A DNA stretch of 61,015 nt, filler included, from Sphacelaria rigidula (taxonomy: Eukaryota): the NCBI GenBank assembly GCA_964200075.2. It is 10 parts of 10 records of this genome, joined end to end, with 100 filler letters (N's around TTAATTAATTAA, not from the genome) between each part and the next. Parts side by side here need not be neighbours in the genome. Positions count along the whole stretch, not along the records: positions 36,672 to 42,682 come from CAXNAA020022814.1; positions 42,783 to 48,793 come from CAXNAA020022815.1; positions 48,894 to 54,904 come from CAXNAA020022816.1; 7 more parts are not named here. One strand, written 5' to 3'. Each line of letters opens with the position of its first letter. Positions within the stretch are counted from its first letter, which is position 1. Both the position numbers and the translations under genes were made by a program. The notes beneath the pieces were generated by a model that saw only the letters and a program-made list of their open reading frames with translations, ran no database searches and was not told where the DNA came from. Shown here in pieces: positions 38,721 to 50,994 of the stretch.

Positions 38721-39214
38721 AGGCCCTTCCGGTTCTCCCCACAGGATATCAGAGCACAAGCAGGGGTCCACGATGAAGGGCATCTCCGCACACCTACCTA
38801 CCCCCCATCCGTCGGGGGGGCGAATTATTTACATAGAGAATCTGTTTACGTGTTTTCCCTTTGCTTTTCCCCTCTCAATTCACGTGTTCATAGCACATTA
38901 CCCCTCACAGATGTGCTAGTACGTACTTGTTGGGAACACCTCCATGCTCCTGTTGGTAAGCTTGTCGTATTCGATTGTCGTGGTTGGAGACGATACCAAC
39001 CGAAAATCACCCCCTGCGACAGCCTTGACAAACATGACAACAAACAAAAACCACAACTTACATCTGAGCTTGCGCAATAGGTAATCATGGAAGAATTCAT
39101 GATCAGCCTACACCAGTGACTGGTAGTGTGTAGAGTGTTCCGACACAACATATCACCCACAACACCAGCAACAACATTCACCCTGTGTGTGTCCGTTTTG
39201 TACCCTTCCATCCA

Positions 39215-39640
39215 ATAACACGAGGTTTTGCAAACTGCGGATGGACTCTGTTCTGGGGATGAGCCCCGGGAACATTGACGTGAATCAAAGTATTTCCGAA
39301 GTGAACCGCAAAGGCACTCTCCGGTCGTGATGTATGATATCACTCACCCTAGAAGTTAATCATCCCATCCGCAATGTGTACAACTCCCGTGTTAACAGGG
39401 GATCTGACAACTGAGAAAATGGCGAGTGTTCTGTACGGGAGTGAACGGAGGTCGAAATTGTAAACATGAGGTTTTACAAAATGCGGATGCATTTTCTTGA
39501 GCATGAGCGAGGCTACACATCACGACCGGGGAGGGCATTTGCATCTTTTTCCGAGAACAGTTTCTTGGTGTTCATGCAGGTTCCCAGGCAGGGCTCATCC
39601 CTAAAAACGACTCCACCCGCCATGTGTAAAACCCCGTGTC
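39215..39640. mobile_element. Foldback element with ~185-bp arms
   Basis: CTCCGGTCGTGATGT / ACATCACGACCGGGG, GGGATGAGCCC / GGGCTCATCCC; centre ~39427. Confidence 0.7.
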
Positions 39641-40399
39641 AAATGATCACCATGACCAATCGGAATTACTGTCACCATCCGAACCCTTACCAAGCAAACC
39701 GAGTTCTCCCGTTCCCATGTAGATCGTTACCGAGTAAGTCCTCACTCCCCATTTCCATTCAAGTGAAAACCGCGCAAATACTGGCATTCCTGTGGCTTCT
39801 CATTACCACCCAAACAAATACCGCACAATAAATAGACTGCCCCCAATGACTGCACAATCAAGCAAAATGAACTCACCACTGCTCAGTTTACACTTCGTTC
39901 ACGAGTAGGCCACTGGTATGCGGAAAAAGCTTGTATGATGGATAGGCCGGAGTCTCAGTCCCCACCGGACCCCCCTCAAATTGCATTTCTCTGTTTTCTT
40001 CTTCCATCTATCTCTTTGTATCTTATTGGGTGACGTTTGTTTTCTCGAGTTGCTTTGTCAGGAGCTTCACCCTAAGAGGATCCTACAGGCATTTAGTCGG
40101 TGAACACAGTCCTTCGGCCAATGGTAGTAGTAGTACTTACGATGCAGCCACGCCTGCTGACGGCCGTGCTGTGCCCCCAGCCTCCTTGAGTCTGCCCACT
40201 GCGTTCAGCAGGCTAAGCCCGCATTTACTATCTTCCATTCGAGTTTTGAGTATACAACAGGTCCACCCTGGGTCCATGTACGACTTCGTGCTGTTCCGAT
40301 GTTCAAGCACAAGTTATGACCGTGGGTTGCCGCGCGCTGAAGAAACTCGCACGAAAACAAAAACAACACCATCATCACCGCGGTGGCTAGTTCCCGTAC

Positions 40400-40600
40400 C
40401 AGCAAGTACCAGGGTGGCACGTTGCCATCCGAAAATTGCCGTGCGGGACCAAGATGAGGCTAGTACCTGCACCAATGAGTACCAGGTTGCCCAGTTACCA
40501 TCAAAATATTACCGCGTATTACCAATAGGGTGACTGGTTTCTGTACCGATGAGTACCAGGGTGGTTAGCTACCATCCGAACATTACCGTGCATTACCGCG
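40400..40600. repeat. Three diverged ~75-bp tandem units
   Basis: AGTACCAGG.TG....CCATC..AA.ATT.CCG three times. Confidence 0.7.
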
Positions 40601-40763
40601 ATGACTGGACATACCGTGGTGAACGCTATACCCCGCAAAAAGACATATATCACAGTGAGCCTTAGTTTTTGGTTTTGTTCATTTACTCTTTATTCTCTTG
40701 ATTTTATGTGTACCTTTTCTTTCATTTATTTCTCTTTTCTTCTTCGTATACTTTCTTCTATTA

Positions 40764-41596
40764 GCAGCCGATCATCAAGATTGAGGATAGGGCTGTTCAT
40801 TAAGGGTGATAACCCGGAAAACTCGACTCTTCGTATCCATACCGAATCTTCGAAATACGGTTGCATCACGGGTCGCCATTGTGGCTCACTTGGTAACCTC
40901 GACACCTTCTGACTGTTGGGGTCGTGGGTCCAAATCTCGCCGAGCGATCTGGGATTTTTCCTCACACCATACCCGCCAACAGTGGAGAGCGACTATGTCG
41001 CGGGTACAAAAATTCGACTTGACGGTCGACGAGGAAAAGGGACTGCCGAACCCCTCTCGCGATAAAAAGTCAATGCAAGCACCGCAGAAGGAAGATGGAG
41101 AACTAAAACAAACGAAAAAGAAGATAAAAACACCTGTGTTGACCTTTCTCTTGTGTGACCCCGGCCGGTGCGCCCACACATACCGGAAGGTGGAGACCGC
41201 GGCGTCCAGAACATATATTGTAGAACGACAACACACACAAACACACATTCCTCCACCTCCTGCTGGTAGCTATTGACAATTACTACTCCTCATCAAAAAT
41301 TGGATATCGATGACCCAAATGTTGGGGTTGTAGGTGAAAACAATATTTGAGAAATCTAGGTGATCTAAACGGACCGCCCGATTTCCCCAGAATCGCTTCT
41401 TCACCTAGGACCCCAAAACTTTGGGTGTCGAAATTCAAATTTATAGGGCGAGTAGTAGCTGTCGATAGCTACCAGAAGGTGAAGGAATGGAACCATATTT
41501 CGGAGAATTGGTTGTGGATACGAAGATTTTCATTTTTCGGGAACCCGTCATCATCCTCAATGAAAAGCTCCGTCCTCCATTTTTATGATCGGCTGT
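40764..41596. mobile_element. Fully palindromic Harbinger-type MITE (~450 bp) carrying a SINE A insertion
   Basis: Termini GCAGCCGATCAT / ATGATCGGCTGT, TTA at 40761-40763 and 41597-41599; left arm resumes at ~41246 after the SINE; centre ~41368. Confidence 0.8.
40871..41247 (+). mobile_element. tRNA-derived SINE family A, near full length
   Basis: A box TGGCTCACTTGG, B-box-like GGTCCAAATCT, shared body, (CA)-rich tail. Confidence 0.85.
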
Positions 41597-41746
41597 TTAC
41601 TGTTTTAGTTCACTTATTTTATTTGGTTTATTTATCTTTATCTTCACTATACTGTATTCGTTTTTTTTCATTCGCAATATTTCCTGTTTTGTTTTCATCT
41701 TACTTCATTTTACTTCAACTTTCCCTACACCTACATACCAGGCGGA

Positions 41747-42096
41747 CACACGCGGCCATTTGGCTACCCTCAAAATTCCTCTAGGTCAGTCAAGTTTTCG
41801 AGCCTCCGGCGGAATTAGACGCCCCCGGAGGGGTGAGTAGCCCTCCAGAGGACACTTTTTGTCTCCTCAGAGGGACTCAACGCCCCCGGAGGCTTGCTTT
41901 CGCCTCTGGACGGCCGTGCATCTCTCCGGAGGCATTTTGCTACCCGCAAACTCCTTCGGAGGGGTACGCGGCCCTCCAGGTCGGCAGTGTTTAGTTCCTC
42001 CAGAGGGATTGAAGGCCTCCGGGGGCTTGTTTTGCCTCTGGAGGGCCGCGCATCCCTCCGGTGTCATTCTGGGGGGTAGCCAAATGACCGCGTGTG
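41747..42096. mobile_element. 350-bp TIR element with CAC termini (CACTA/EnSpm-like MITE)
   Basis: TIR CACACGCGGCCATTTGGCTACCC / GGGTAGCCAAATGACCGCGTGTG; flanks GGA/GGG; many internal CCTCC(G/A)GAGG-like motifs. Confidence 0.75.
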
Positions 42097-42682
42097 GGGT
42101 GCGTGGGTCGTATGCCACACTCGCCCGCCACATCAGGGGGGCTACTCCCCCTCCGACGTCGCCTCACTCTGTATTAGATTTACAATGGGACCGGTTTACA
42201 AAGACACTTGTGTGGCGTTCGAAGGAGGCGGGAGGTTGGGGTCTCTACTACCCTACCCCCTCCTTTTAGAGGTCCATCACATGAAAGTGGGTAGGAAGGT
42301 GGAGTGGAAAAAGGAAATTGTGTAGAAAAGGGACATTCCCATGTACCCCTGGAACAAGTATCAATACTGAGCTGCTACATGACCTACAACACACCGCGCT
42401 CCGTTGATAAACCGTCTCAGGGGTGAAATCTGGACTTCTCATCCTCTTGATTTTGAGAGTTCTTTTTTATCATACGTGAAAAATTGGTAGTCGGGGAAAT
42501 CGCTAGGGCAGAGTGAACAAGATGACAAACTTGGGACGTTGAGATTACTCTTCTATGCGTCAGGGGCGTTCCAGTGGGAACCAGATCCTCCTATTATATA
42601 CTCTAAAATGAATTTATTTTGGTTTCTTCTGCTAGCCTGTGACCACGGAAGGCGTCCGCATAAGATGCCCAGTACCAATGTA

Positions 42683-42782
42683 NNNNNNNNNNNNNNNNNN
42701 NNNNNNNNNNNNNNNNNNNNNNNNNNTTAATTAATTAANNNNNNNNNNNNNNNNNNNNNNNNNNNNNNNNNNNNNNNNNNNN
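42683..42782. other. Artificial scaffold linker
   Basis: N44-TTAATTAATTAA-N44. Confidence 0.99.
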
Positions 42783-43004
42783 CGTCGTATTACACTACTA
42801 CATTCCTAGGTCGATAAGTAAACGAGGGGTGGGGAGGGGTGACGAGGGGGGAAGCAAATGAAATAAAGGATACGAGTACATCATATACATAAGCTTTATG
42901 TATATATAGATATAGATATGTCATGCTGAAATGTTGAACGTCTCAAGATTCACGGTACATGTAGATGGCATGTCGTCGCGGAATAGGGCACACATACCTT
43001 ACTC

Positions 43005-43260
43005 GTTGATTGATTGATTGATTGATTGATTGATAGTGGCACTTTAACTAATCCCCCAGGAGTCATGATCCAGCCGTGGTCACCATCCGTACCCAGATGT
43101 CATGATCCAACCGTAGTCATGATCCACACGGTAGACGTACCCGAGACAAAGAACACACACTCGCTGAACAAAAATGGGGGAAAAAAAAATAAGAGACAGC
43201 ACAAGAGGAGCAGAAAAATATATAAATGGCCGGTCTCGTGCAAGAAAAAATCCTAATTTC
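43005..43260 (-). repeat. Non-LTR-like 3' end family D with (CAAT)n tail
   Basis: (GATT)n then CATGATCCAGCCGTGGT, reverse complement of 47845-47928. Confidence 0.7.
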
Positions 43261-43302
43261 CTCCGGCAATGAATAAATAACCTCTGATCGTGGTAAGTGT
43301 TG

Positions 43303-43507
43303 TATATTGTCATCTATTCTGGACGCCAGTCTGCACCTATCGGAATATGTGGGCGCATCAGCCGGGGTGGGGAGGGGGGGGGGGGGGGCAAAAAGGGGGA
43401 AGGACAACCCAGGACTTTCCATACAATTTTATAGTAGAACTCCATCTTCATCANNNNNNNNNNTTTTTTTTTTTTTTTTGGTCCCCGTGGCGGGGGGGGT
43501 GTGGGCG

Positions 43508-43562
<55 letters not shown>

Positions 43563-44321
43563 CATACAGGAGGAAGGACAACACAGGACTTTCTATCCAA
43601 TTTTATTCTAGTACTCCATCTTCCTTCTGCGGCGCCTGCCTTACTGTTCTCGGCGAGCAGGGTTCGGCGACCCCCTTCCTTCGTCGGCCGTGAGGCGAAC
43701 TTTGTGTACCCACGACAAAGCCGCTCTCCACTGTTCGATCATCTTGTATGGCAACCAATCCGTACTTGTACAAGTACGAGGATTTCAGCGCCCTTTACAG
43801 GCGATTTTCTCCGGTGGATTGATTCTTCGGACCCCAGTCCGTTGGGGCATGTTTTTCGGCTACAAAAGCTCGGAGGAAACCAAGTCAATTCTCTGGTTCT
43901 CTCTGTGTTGACTTTTGGTTCATCAACTTTCTGCTCAGATCGGGACACTCTCGCATCTCCCTCGAATTTGAGAGCTACCCCGATTTGAGGGAGATACGGG
44001 CGTGTCCCGATCTGAGCAGAAAGGTGATGAACCAAAAGTCAACATAGAGAGAATCGGAGAATTGATGTGGTTTCCTCAGAGCTAGCAGAATTACATTGCC
44101 CAAAGGACTGGGCTTCGAAAAATCAATCCACGGGAGAAAATCGCCTGTAAACGGGCTGAAATCCTCCTATTTGTACAAATACGAATTGGTTGCCATACAA
44201 GATGGTCTTAGATATGACGTGAGGAAAAATTCTAGATCGTGTGGCTTCACCGAGATTTGATCCCATGTCACAACCGTCACAAGGTTTCCTGGTTACCAAG
44301 TGAGCCACCGAGGCGACCGGC
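43303..44321 (-). mobile_element. SINE family A copy interrupted by a foldback MITE and an assembly gap
   Basis: Tail and body at 43303-43736; head GTTACCAAGTGAGCCAC..GGCGACCGGC at 44208-44321. Confidence 0.8.
43737..44207. mobile_element. 471-bp near-perfect foldback MITE with H1-like TIR
   Basis: GATCATCTTGTATGGCAACC / GGTTGCCATACAAGATGGTC; ~230-bp arms (GTTGACTTTTGGTTCATCA / TGATGAACCAAAAGTCAAC); flanks TTC/TTA. Confidence 0.9.
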
Positions 44322-44639
44322 TGATAGCCTTTACGGAGAAAATATGACTCCGTACTCCCAGATACAAAAAGTGACTAAGAACTTTCGGCGGATCGTGACC
44401 ATCACGGCAAACTGACAGCCGTCGGAACAAGTTTAGAGACCAAAGCTGGCACAAAAACATCGGGAGAGGGTAGTATCTTACGTGAAAACTTGGTTTGCGC
44501 ATGATTCACAAAACCAGCAGTCTCGAGAGGTTCAATTTTCGAGGGAAAAAACACTATAATACACAGGTTGTCTGTTTTTTTATTGAGCACACCATAAATG
44601 CGTGTGCTGTTGCGCAAGACCTTTTATACCTGACGCCGT

Positions 44640-44915
44640 GTTGCAAAGGCCGGCCATTTCTAGATTTTCTCGTCTTCTGTCTTCTTTTTTTTTCTCCTTG
44701 TGTTCGTTTTGTCTTTTGTCTTTCGTCATTTGTCCTTGTCTTTATTTCGATGGCTTGCTTTTGTTCATTCTACTCTTTATGCCTGTTTCACCTTTCTGTT
44801 TTCTCCAGTTTTTTTTTTTCTCAGCGAAGGCTTCCGTTGTGTTCTTCATCTCGGGTACGTCTATCATGTGTATAATTACCACGGCTGGATCATGACTCCG
44901 GTCGATCGATCAATC
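44640..44915 (+). repeat. Family D 3' end
   Basis: T-rich tract, GGGTACGTCTATCATG..ACCACGGCTGGATCATGAC, ATCAATCA. Confidence 0.7.
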
Positions 44916-45104
44916 AGCATTTGGTCATCGTCCAAGAACGATAAAAATATAATTCATCGCCAGGTATCGGATGTTTCACTGAAAATACCCACGGATATTC
45001 AGACTAAGACTACATACAGTTCACACACGTGAAATTCATCGAAAAAAACTACGGCTCATCTAATTCCAGCCAATTAATACTTCCACTTGGTCGAACGAAA
45101 ATTT

Positions 45105-45240
45105 CGCGGAATGGAGGTTAATAGTCTCATGACTACGGCATGCCAGATCACGAGCACACCCTCCCCAACCCCCCCCCGTTTCGAAAAGGGTGCGTGGTCA
45201 ATGGTCAAACAACTAAGGCAACCAACGAATGAGTACCCCA
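45105..45240 (+). repeat. Two tandem copies of mini-repeat family C
   Basis: AATAGTCTCATGACTACGGCA..GAGCACACCC then GCGTGGTCAATGGTCAAACAACTAAGGCAA..GAGTACCCC. Confidence 0.7.
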
Positions 45241-45899
45241 TCTCTCCACAGCCCATGCTCGCCATACTAACATTTCTATTCCAAACCATTCTCCCGGGGG
45301 GTATGAAGGCACAAACTGCGATTTTCTGGTGAAACTGCGGCGGCCACCACCCCGTCGGAAGCTAGATCGTTGGGAATATCTCCACCAGTCCTCTTGGATA
45401 AAAAAACGGGATCCCGTCGCGATGCCGGGCCGTTGTCGCTCTGTGTCATCATCCAAAGCGGCTTACGATATACGCGCATGTAGTATACATTCAGCACCTA
45501 CGCATAGTAAGAAACGTTAATCAGCATCATAGCCGTAAAGTCTCGAGTCTCTTTATTCTCACGCACTGTGTGTAAGTACACTGCAGACTCCACCCGCTAA
45601 CGAAAAACAAGTAATACGAAGTCAAAATTTGGCTCATCATGTGTGGCCTCAATTGCCTCAAGTATAATATTGATAGTGGTGCCGAGACCTTCCACGCTTG
45701 GTCTTTGCATGACATGATATGTAGTTTGTAGTGTGTGGCGTTTCCACTGGGCCCCAAGTCCCAATCGCCGCATCTTCACGCTGAAGTAGGGGGTGTACTC
45801 ATTCCTTGCTTGCCTTGGTCGTGTGGCCATCGACCACGAATGCCTTTCTCGAAACGGGCCAAGATTTCCACAGGGGGGTGGCAAATTTTCCACTTCCGG

Positions 45900-46220
45900 C
45901 ACTACATCCAAAAAAATTACATACTGGCACATAGTACTTTCTTTCTCTTCTTTCTTTTGCTTCTTCCTTCTTTCTTTTTTTTTTTTTTGTTTCAAACCAG
46001 CCATTTCTTTTTTTCTGCGCTTTGCTTTTTTTTTTTTTAATTTTATTATTTTATTCATTTTACGCCTCAGTATACTACACTGTCGTTTTGTTCGGCGAAT
46101 GTTTCTGTTTCGTTTTTTGTCTTGCGTACGTCCATCATGTTACCACGGCCGGATCCCTGGGGGGTCACTTAAAGTGCGACAATCTATCCATCTATTTATC
46201 TATCTATCCATCAATCAATC
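45900..46220 (+). repeat. Family D 3' end
   Basis: TACGTCCATCATG.TACCACGGCCGGATC..AAAGTGCG then ATCT/ATCA tail. Confidence 0.7.
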
Positions 46221-46727
46221 ATGTACAAACTTGGTCGGAGGGGGCAGGGGAGGAGATAGGGGGGTTGAAGGTACTCTAACTCCAGGTCTCTTGGTGTGCA
46301 CGGCGTGATCGAACTTCTGAAAAATGACCTTGGCCCCCGTCTTGAAAGTATGCTCCTGGAGTCGGACCAAGGATTCAGGTTATTTGAGAGACTTTGGTAT
46401 CAGTTTGACCGCCCGAGTAAGAAGCGCTGAACTAATGTGGGGATTAGACAAGCACTTGTGAGGAGCCCAAGCTTTTGACTCACAACTGAAAACTGCGTCG
46501 CACACTGTAGGGGTTGTACTCATGGTCTTGCATGCCGAAGCCATATGACCATTCATGATCCCTGCAAAGCCGAGACGGAGCACGCTGGCAATCAATCACC
46601 AAGCGCGAAGCGCCGTGATATGTTCGGCGAGTTACATGAAGTTTGAGCTGCATCCTGCTAAGATTGTTCGGCCCGAAGCGTACTGATTACCTTGCATATG
46701 GTTGACAGCCTCCAATGAGTTTCATTT

Positions 46728-46796
46728 ATTTTCTGGTATCACCACTTCCAGAGACAGCCACGCGGGTTACACACTGCCTCAGGGGTGTCTCACGAT
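46728..46796 (-). repeat. ~68-bp hairpin mini-repeat family E
   Basis: Reverse complement of 48726-48793 and 55878-55945. Confidence 0.75.
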
Positions 46797-47013
46797 ACAA
46801 ACACCACGTAGTGCGATCATCCCCCTTTCCGCGGGGTTCGGGCTCTCCCACCCCGCACAATATATGATCTAGCTCGACCACCATCACAATTACCGCAAAA
46901 CAACACGTGACGGGTGGGGGGTATACGATGTCAGAACGGAAAGATACGTCACCCACTCACCCCCTGGCTGAATAAAAAGAAAAGTCGGGGTTTGAATTTT
47001 GGATCTAGGTTAA

Positions 47014-47111
47014 CCCTTAGACCGCGAGGTTAGTCTTTCTGGATCATGCTTTTTTTTTTCGAGTGAAATTGATGCCGATTCAAAAGATAACCTACTTTCG
47101 CTGTCCAAGGG
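47014..47111 (+). mobile_element. piggyBac-type mini-MITE
   Basis: TTAA+CCCTTAGACCGCGAG ... TCGCTGTCCAAGGG+TCAA; 98 bp. Confidence 0.85.
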
Positions 47112-47639
47112 TCAAAACATGAAAGCTGTTTGCTTTGATCGTGGGTCCCGCTCTGTACACACATCCCCCCACCAATAATCAATCATCTATGGTCGGATGG
47201 TACATGTGCACATCATACCGTCGGCGCTCACCGCGTTCATGAGGGAGAAGCAAACCGCAGTCTGTAGCCATCTCTGTGTGAACCATCGACATTCGCAATA
47301 TATTCGCTCTATTATCTACAGTTTCGTAGCGCCGTTTCGGAGCGGCGCCGCGGTAGGGGTGGGTGGGTGCAAGAAACATTCAACATCCCACCAGGTTTGA
47401 GTTGTCAGGAAGCCTGTTCACCTCACCCAAGCAACAACTCATCACCATATGTGAGCGCACGCCACACGATAGAGCACACATCCCAGTGGGCTAGGAACAT
47501 CTCGATGGATTTCAAACACAGCAAGATCCAGAGCCATATTCTTGGCGAGCACGTAAAGGTAAGAGCTCCTCAATGAGAAGCATCTGGGCCCAAACCTGCG
47601 ACGCCTACCGTGCAATGAATCGAATATATCTAATATATA

Positions 47640-47928
47640 TATATACATATATTCAAGTATTTCATTACATTTTTCTTTTTTTATACCGGCTGTCTTTTCC
47701 TTTCTGTGCTTTGTTTTTGTTGATTTTTTTTTCTTTCCTTTATTATTATTTTTCACGTCTTAGTCTACTACAGTATGCCGTTCTGTTCGACTTTCTTCTG
47801 TTCCTTCTATTCTTGAGCGAGTGTTTCAGATTTGCTTTTGTTGGGTACGTCTATCATGAGACCACGGCTGGATCATGACCCATGGGTGGTCAGTCAAAGT
47901 GCGGCAATCAATCAATCAATCAATCAAC
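47640..47928 (+). repeat. Family D 3' end with (CAAT)n tail
   Basis: GGGTACGTCTATCATGAGACCACGGCTGGATCATGAC..AAAGTGCGG(CAAT)4. Confidence 0.75.
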
Positions 47929-48162
47929 CAAAACGTATGTGTTTGTAGGACCGTTTCTACCGTCTTTCAAGTCATTTCTCACACAATCTTTCAAGCAAGC
48001 GCCCCTCACCGGAACATTTTCGGCTGTATTCCGCTCTTCTTCCGACAGCAACGGCACCAGCGGCTCCGGCTTCCACTCATCAATGATCTCCGCGATCTCT
48101 CGACTTGACAAGTTTGGTTTCGACGGGCCCTGTTGCGTATGCGTGTGCGTGCGCGCGGCGAC

Positions 48163-48225
48163 GGGGGGGGGGGTTGCTCATTTGTTGCTTGCCTTATTAT
48201 AGTCGTGTGACCATTGACCAATGGT
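48163..48225 (-). repeat. Mini-repeat family C
   Basis: G-run then CTCATTTGTTGCTTGCCTTA..AGTCG..TGACCATTGACCA. Confidence 0.75.
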
Positions 48226-48500
48226 GCGCAGCGGGGTAGGGGAGAGGAGGAGGAGTGCTTTTGTTTTGGGTTGTAGTCTACGAGGGATACTGCATCGTCG
48301 TGTGTGTGTGTGTGTGTTTTGAAGAGGTGCAATATATTGATGTTATCATACTCGTGGTGTCTTCTTCCTCGGAATCTTTCACGCGCGTCAAACGGGAGAA
48401 TAAACGAATGTTCCAAATAAGCTTCGAAAAAGCCAAAAATTAAAAAAAAAGTATCGCTGCAGGCAGCAAGTTTTTCTCCGCGATTGCTCTTCGTGGTACC

Positions 48501-48580
48501 GTATCAGCGTGTGTAACACGATGTATCAGCGTATGACACGCCGTATCAGCGTATGGCACGCCATATCAGCGTATGAAACG
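48501..48580. repeat. 20-bp tandem repeat x4
   Basis: (G/A)TATCAGCGT(A/G)TG.CACG units. Confidence 0.9.
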
Positions 48581-48725
48581 TTTTCACATCGCTTGACAAG
48601 CCTTTTTCGCCCGCGTCTGCAAGCCCATAAAAGTACACGACGGATGTGAACGGTTTGTAAACGGCAACGCACACATGAGCTCTCTCGTTGTCGTGTACAC
48701 CAACCTGCCCCCCCCCTTGCAATCG

Positions 48726-48793
48726 AATGGTGAGGCACCCATGAGGCAGTGTGTAAGGTGTGGCTGTCTCGGGAAGTGGCGATACCAGAAAAT
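48726..48793 (+). repeat. Mini-repeat family E at scaffold end
   Basis: AATGGTGAG.CACCCATGAGGC.GTGT.TAAG..GTGG..GTC..GTGGCGATACCAGAAAAT. Confidence 0.8.
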
Positions 48794-48893
48794 NNNNNNN
48801 NNNNNNNNNNNNNNNNNNNNNNNNNNNNNNNNNNNNNTTAATTAATTAANNNNNNNNNNNNNNNNNNNNNNNNNNNNNNNNNNNNNNNNNNNN
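48794..48893. other. Artificial scaffold linker
   Basis: N44-TTAATTAATTAA-N44. Confidence 0.99.
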
Positions 48894-48900
48894 GTAGGAA

Positions 48901-48982
48901 CGGTGCCCCGTCTCGAAAGGGATGCGTGGCCAGTGGCCAAACAGCTAAGGCAAGCAACAAATGATTCCCCCCCCCCCCCCCC
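48901..48982 (+). repeat. Mini-repeat family C at scaffold start
   Basis: CCGTCTCGAAAGGGATGCGTGG..CTAAGGCAAGCAACAAATGA + C-run. Confidence 0.8.
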
Positions 48983-49830
48983 TGTGACATACATCCTTTG
49001 CGATTCTAGCGCCTCAGCCTGTGAAATTGTCTGTAGCACCGCCTTACCGTGTTGATGGGGACTCGTATCTTTCAAGGACGTCTGCCCCTGTAGTCTGTGC
49101 ATATTTTACGCCTTGGAGCATGATCGTCTTCAACGGACGCCGCGGGTTATGAGTGATGACTTCTGCAAAATGCATCCATATCGTTCACATGGAACGACTC
49201 CAACAGATTCTCTTTCTTTTTTGGTCCGTCCTTGAGGTCATACATTATGTAGTACATTTTTTTTCATTTTTTATCCATTCAGCGGCGGTGCCTTGTTTTA
49301 CCAGGTTGGTCTACACTTCACAGTGATTGTTTACATTGGGTTCAATCGGGAAACAGGTAAAGCTGTGGTGTGAGCAACTTTTAGCCACTTTTAAGCTGGC
49401 CCAGCTCGTATGTCACGCTGGGGGTGCCTGAGGTCAGGTGGCTAAATCTTGTCGAAATCAAACCATTTACTTTGGAAAGACGAGCATGAGTCTGCGCTCG
49501 ATTTCCGCTAGGGATGCATGGGAGCAAAGGGTATGTGAACTGAATCGTGTTGTACTTTGTTCATTCAAAGTCACGTCGGGAACATGAGGATGCGTCTCAG
49601 CCAAAGAAAGAGACCTATGAGGAAAATGATAAATCTGCAGCCAGTTGTTATTATCATACGAGTGAGACCAGTTGTTATTATCAAACGAGTTACACGGGGA
49701 GAATTAGGCCGGCGAGTGAAATTGGGGAATCACATGAACCCATGGTTGATTTAGGGAGTCAAAGTTATGCGACAGGACCGCTGGTATAACTGGAGTTCGT
49801 TGGACAACGGGTGGAGTTATAACCCCGTAA

Positions 49831-49930
49831 CCCTTTGACCTCGACGGCAGGACACCTGCTGGATCGGCATCAGTTTCACTTATCAAAAATATCGCGATCC
49901 AGATGGACTACCCGTATCGTGTTTCAAGGG
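49831..49930 (-). mobile_element. piggyBac-type mini-MITE (diverged, reversed)
   Basis: GTAA+CCCTTTGACC ... TTCAAGGG+TTGA; internal ATCGGCATCA.TTTCA is the reverse complement of the family core. Confidence 0.7.
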
Positions 49931-50994
49931 TTGACGTGGCGTCGGAGGTGTTCATTTTGTGAAATCGTCATCAATATTCACTGTTCCAGGACTGAAATTA
50001 TACCGATTCCACACATGGGTACCTCCGGCGGTGAAGGGGTTAAACGCGTTCCCCGTTATCGAGTATGACGACGATTGTGTGACTTCGCGAAAAAAGAATA
50101 TCTGGTACCTTTGTAGAGACGGCACTACATCGTAGTGGGGTATCGAACGATCCTCTCGTCTATGGCTCGAAGGACTCTCAATTGCCCACAGCACGCCGAA
50201 ACGTGTGTGTATATGATTGTGCATTGCCGTACAGGACATGATAAGCGTTGACTCGACAAGGCACCCCTAGCCACACGCGGTACTGAAGCAGCTGACCAAA
50301 AGTGGATATTCCCAAACTCGGAAATCAATCAAGCCAACTAAGTAGTGGAGATACTGCAAGACAGCAAAAGATACGCTCGATATCCTCAGCTTTTTGAACA
50401 CTTTTTCCTGCGCCGCTTGAGGGTAATGGCTACATGCGCACACACCGCCCAGCCAGAGTCCCCTGTATGTACCAAGCGGCTACTTCCCGAGTGTGGCATT
50501 TTTGACGCCCACTAAAGAGTAAATCATGCTGTATTATTTGCAAGATGCTTTAGGACTGTTCCATAGTCACATAAGGTACACATTTTTCAAACTTTTCAAA
50601 CAGGTATAAAACTCGACAGCTCACGCTTGATGGGTGAACCATGAAGAGATATGCCCCGGAGTATATACAAAAAGTTGGTCCGGTTGAATTTTGGGTGGGT
50701 TGTGCATAGTGATGCAGGGGACGAGAAAATGACGATCCCCGGGGCTGATTTCTACCGTGAATTCAGGGGTGGTATCTTCTATTTTAGCCTGGAGCGTATG
50801 AATGGCGATGACCTTGGACTTTCATTTTTGTTGTTGTTGTAATATTTCAATTATGAGCTCGAGGAAAATATGCAAAATAGCCTCACACCCGGAGATTCAA
50901 CCAGTGCATCCCTCCCCCGAGATCGTCACGGGGTGTCATCTACCGTTTCGGCTCGTGACACGAATGACGGTGCATCGTATGGCTACAGCATACA

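Noticed and set aside
38513..39080. Ile/Val-rich or Met/Ile/Thr-rich membrane protein ORFs
   Set aside because: Translation of a trinucleotide microsatellite.
43370..43625. Tandem duplication and poly-Gly/poly-Pro ORFs (also 55005-55100, 58480-58620)
   Set aside because: Noisy copies beside G homopolymers and short N gaps; most likely low-quality read ends and unmerged overlaps.
48726..48793. SECIS element in repeat E (ATGA..AA hairpin)
   Set aside because: No GA opposite the TGA to form the quartet; it is an interspersed repeat with no linked selenoprotein exon.
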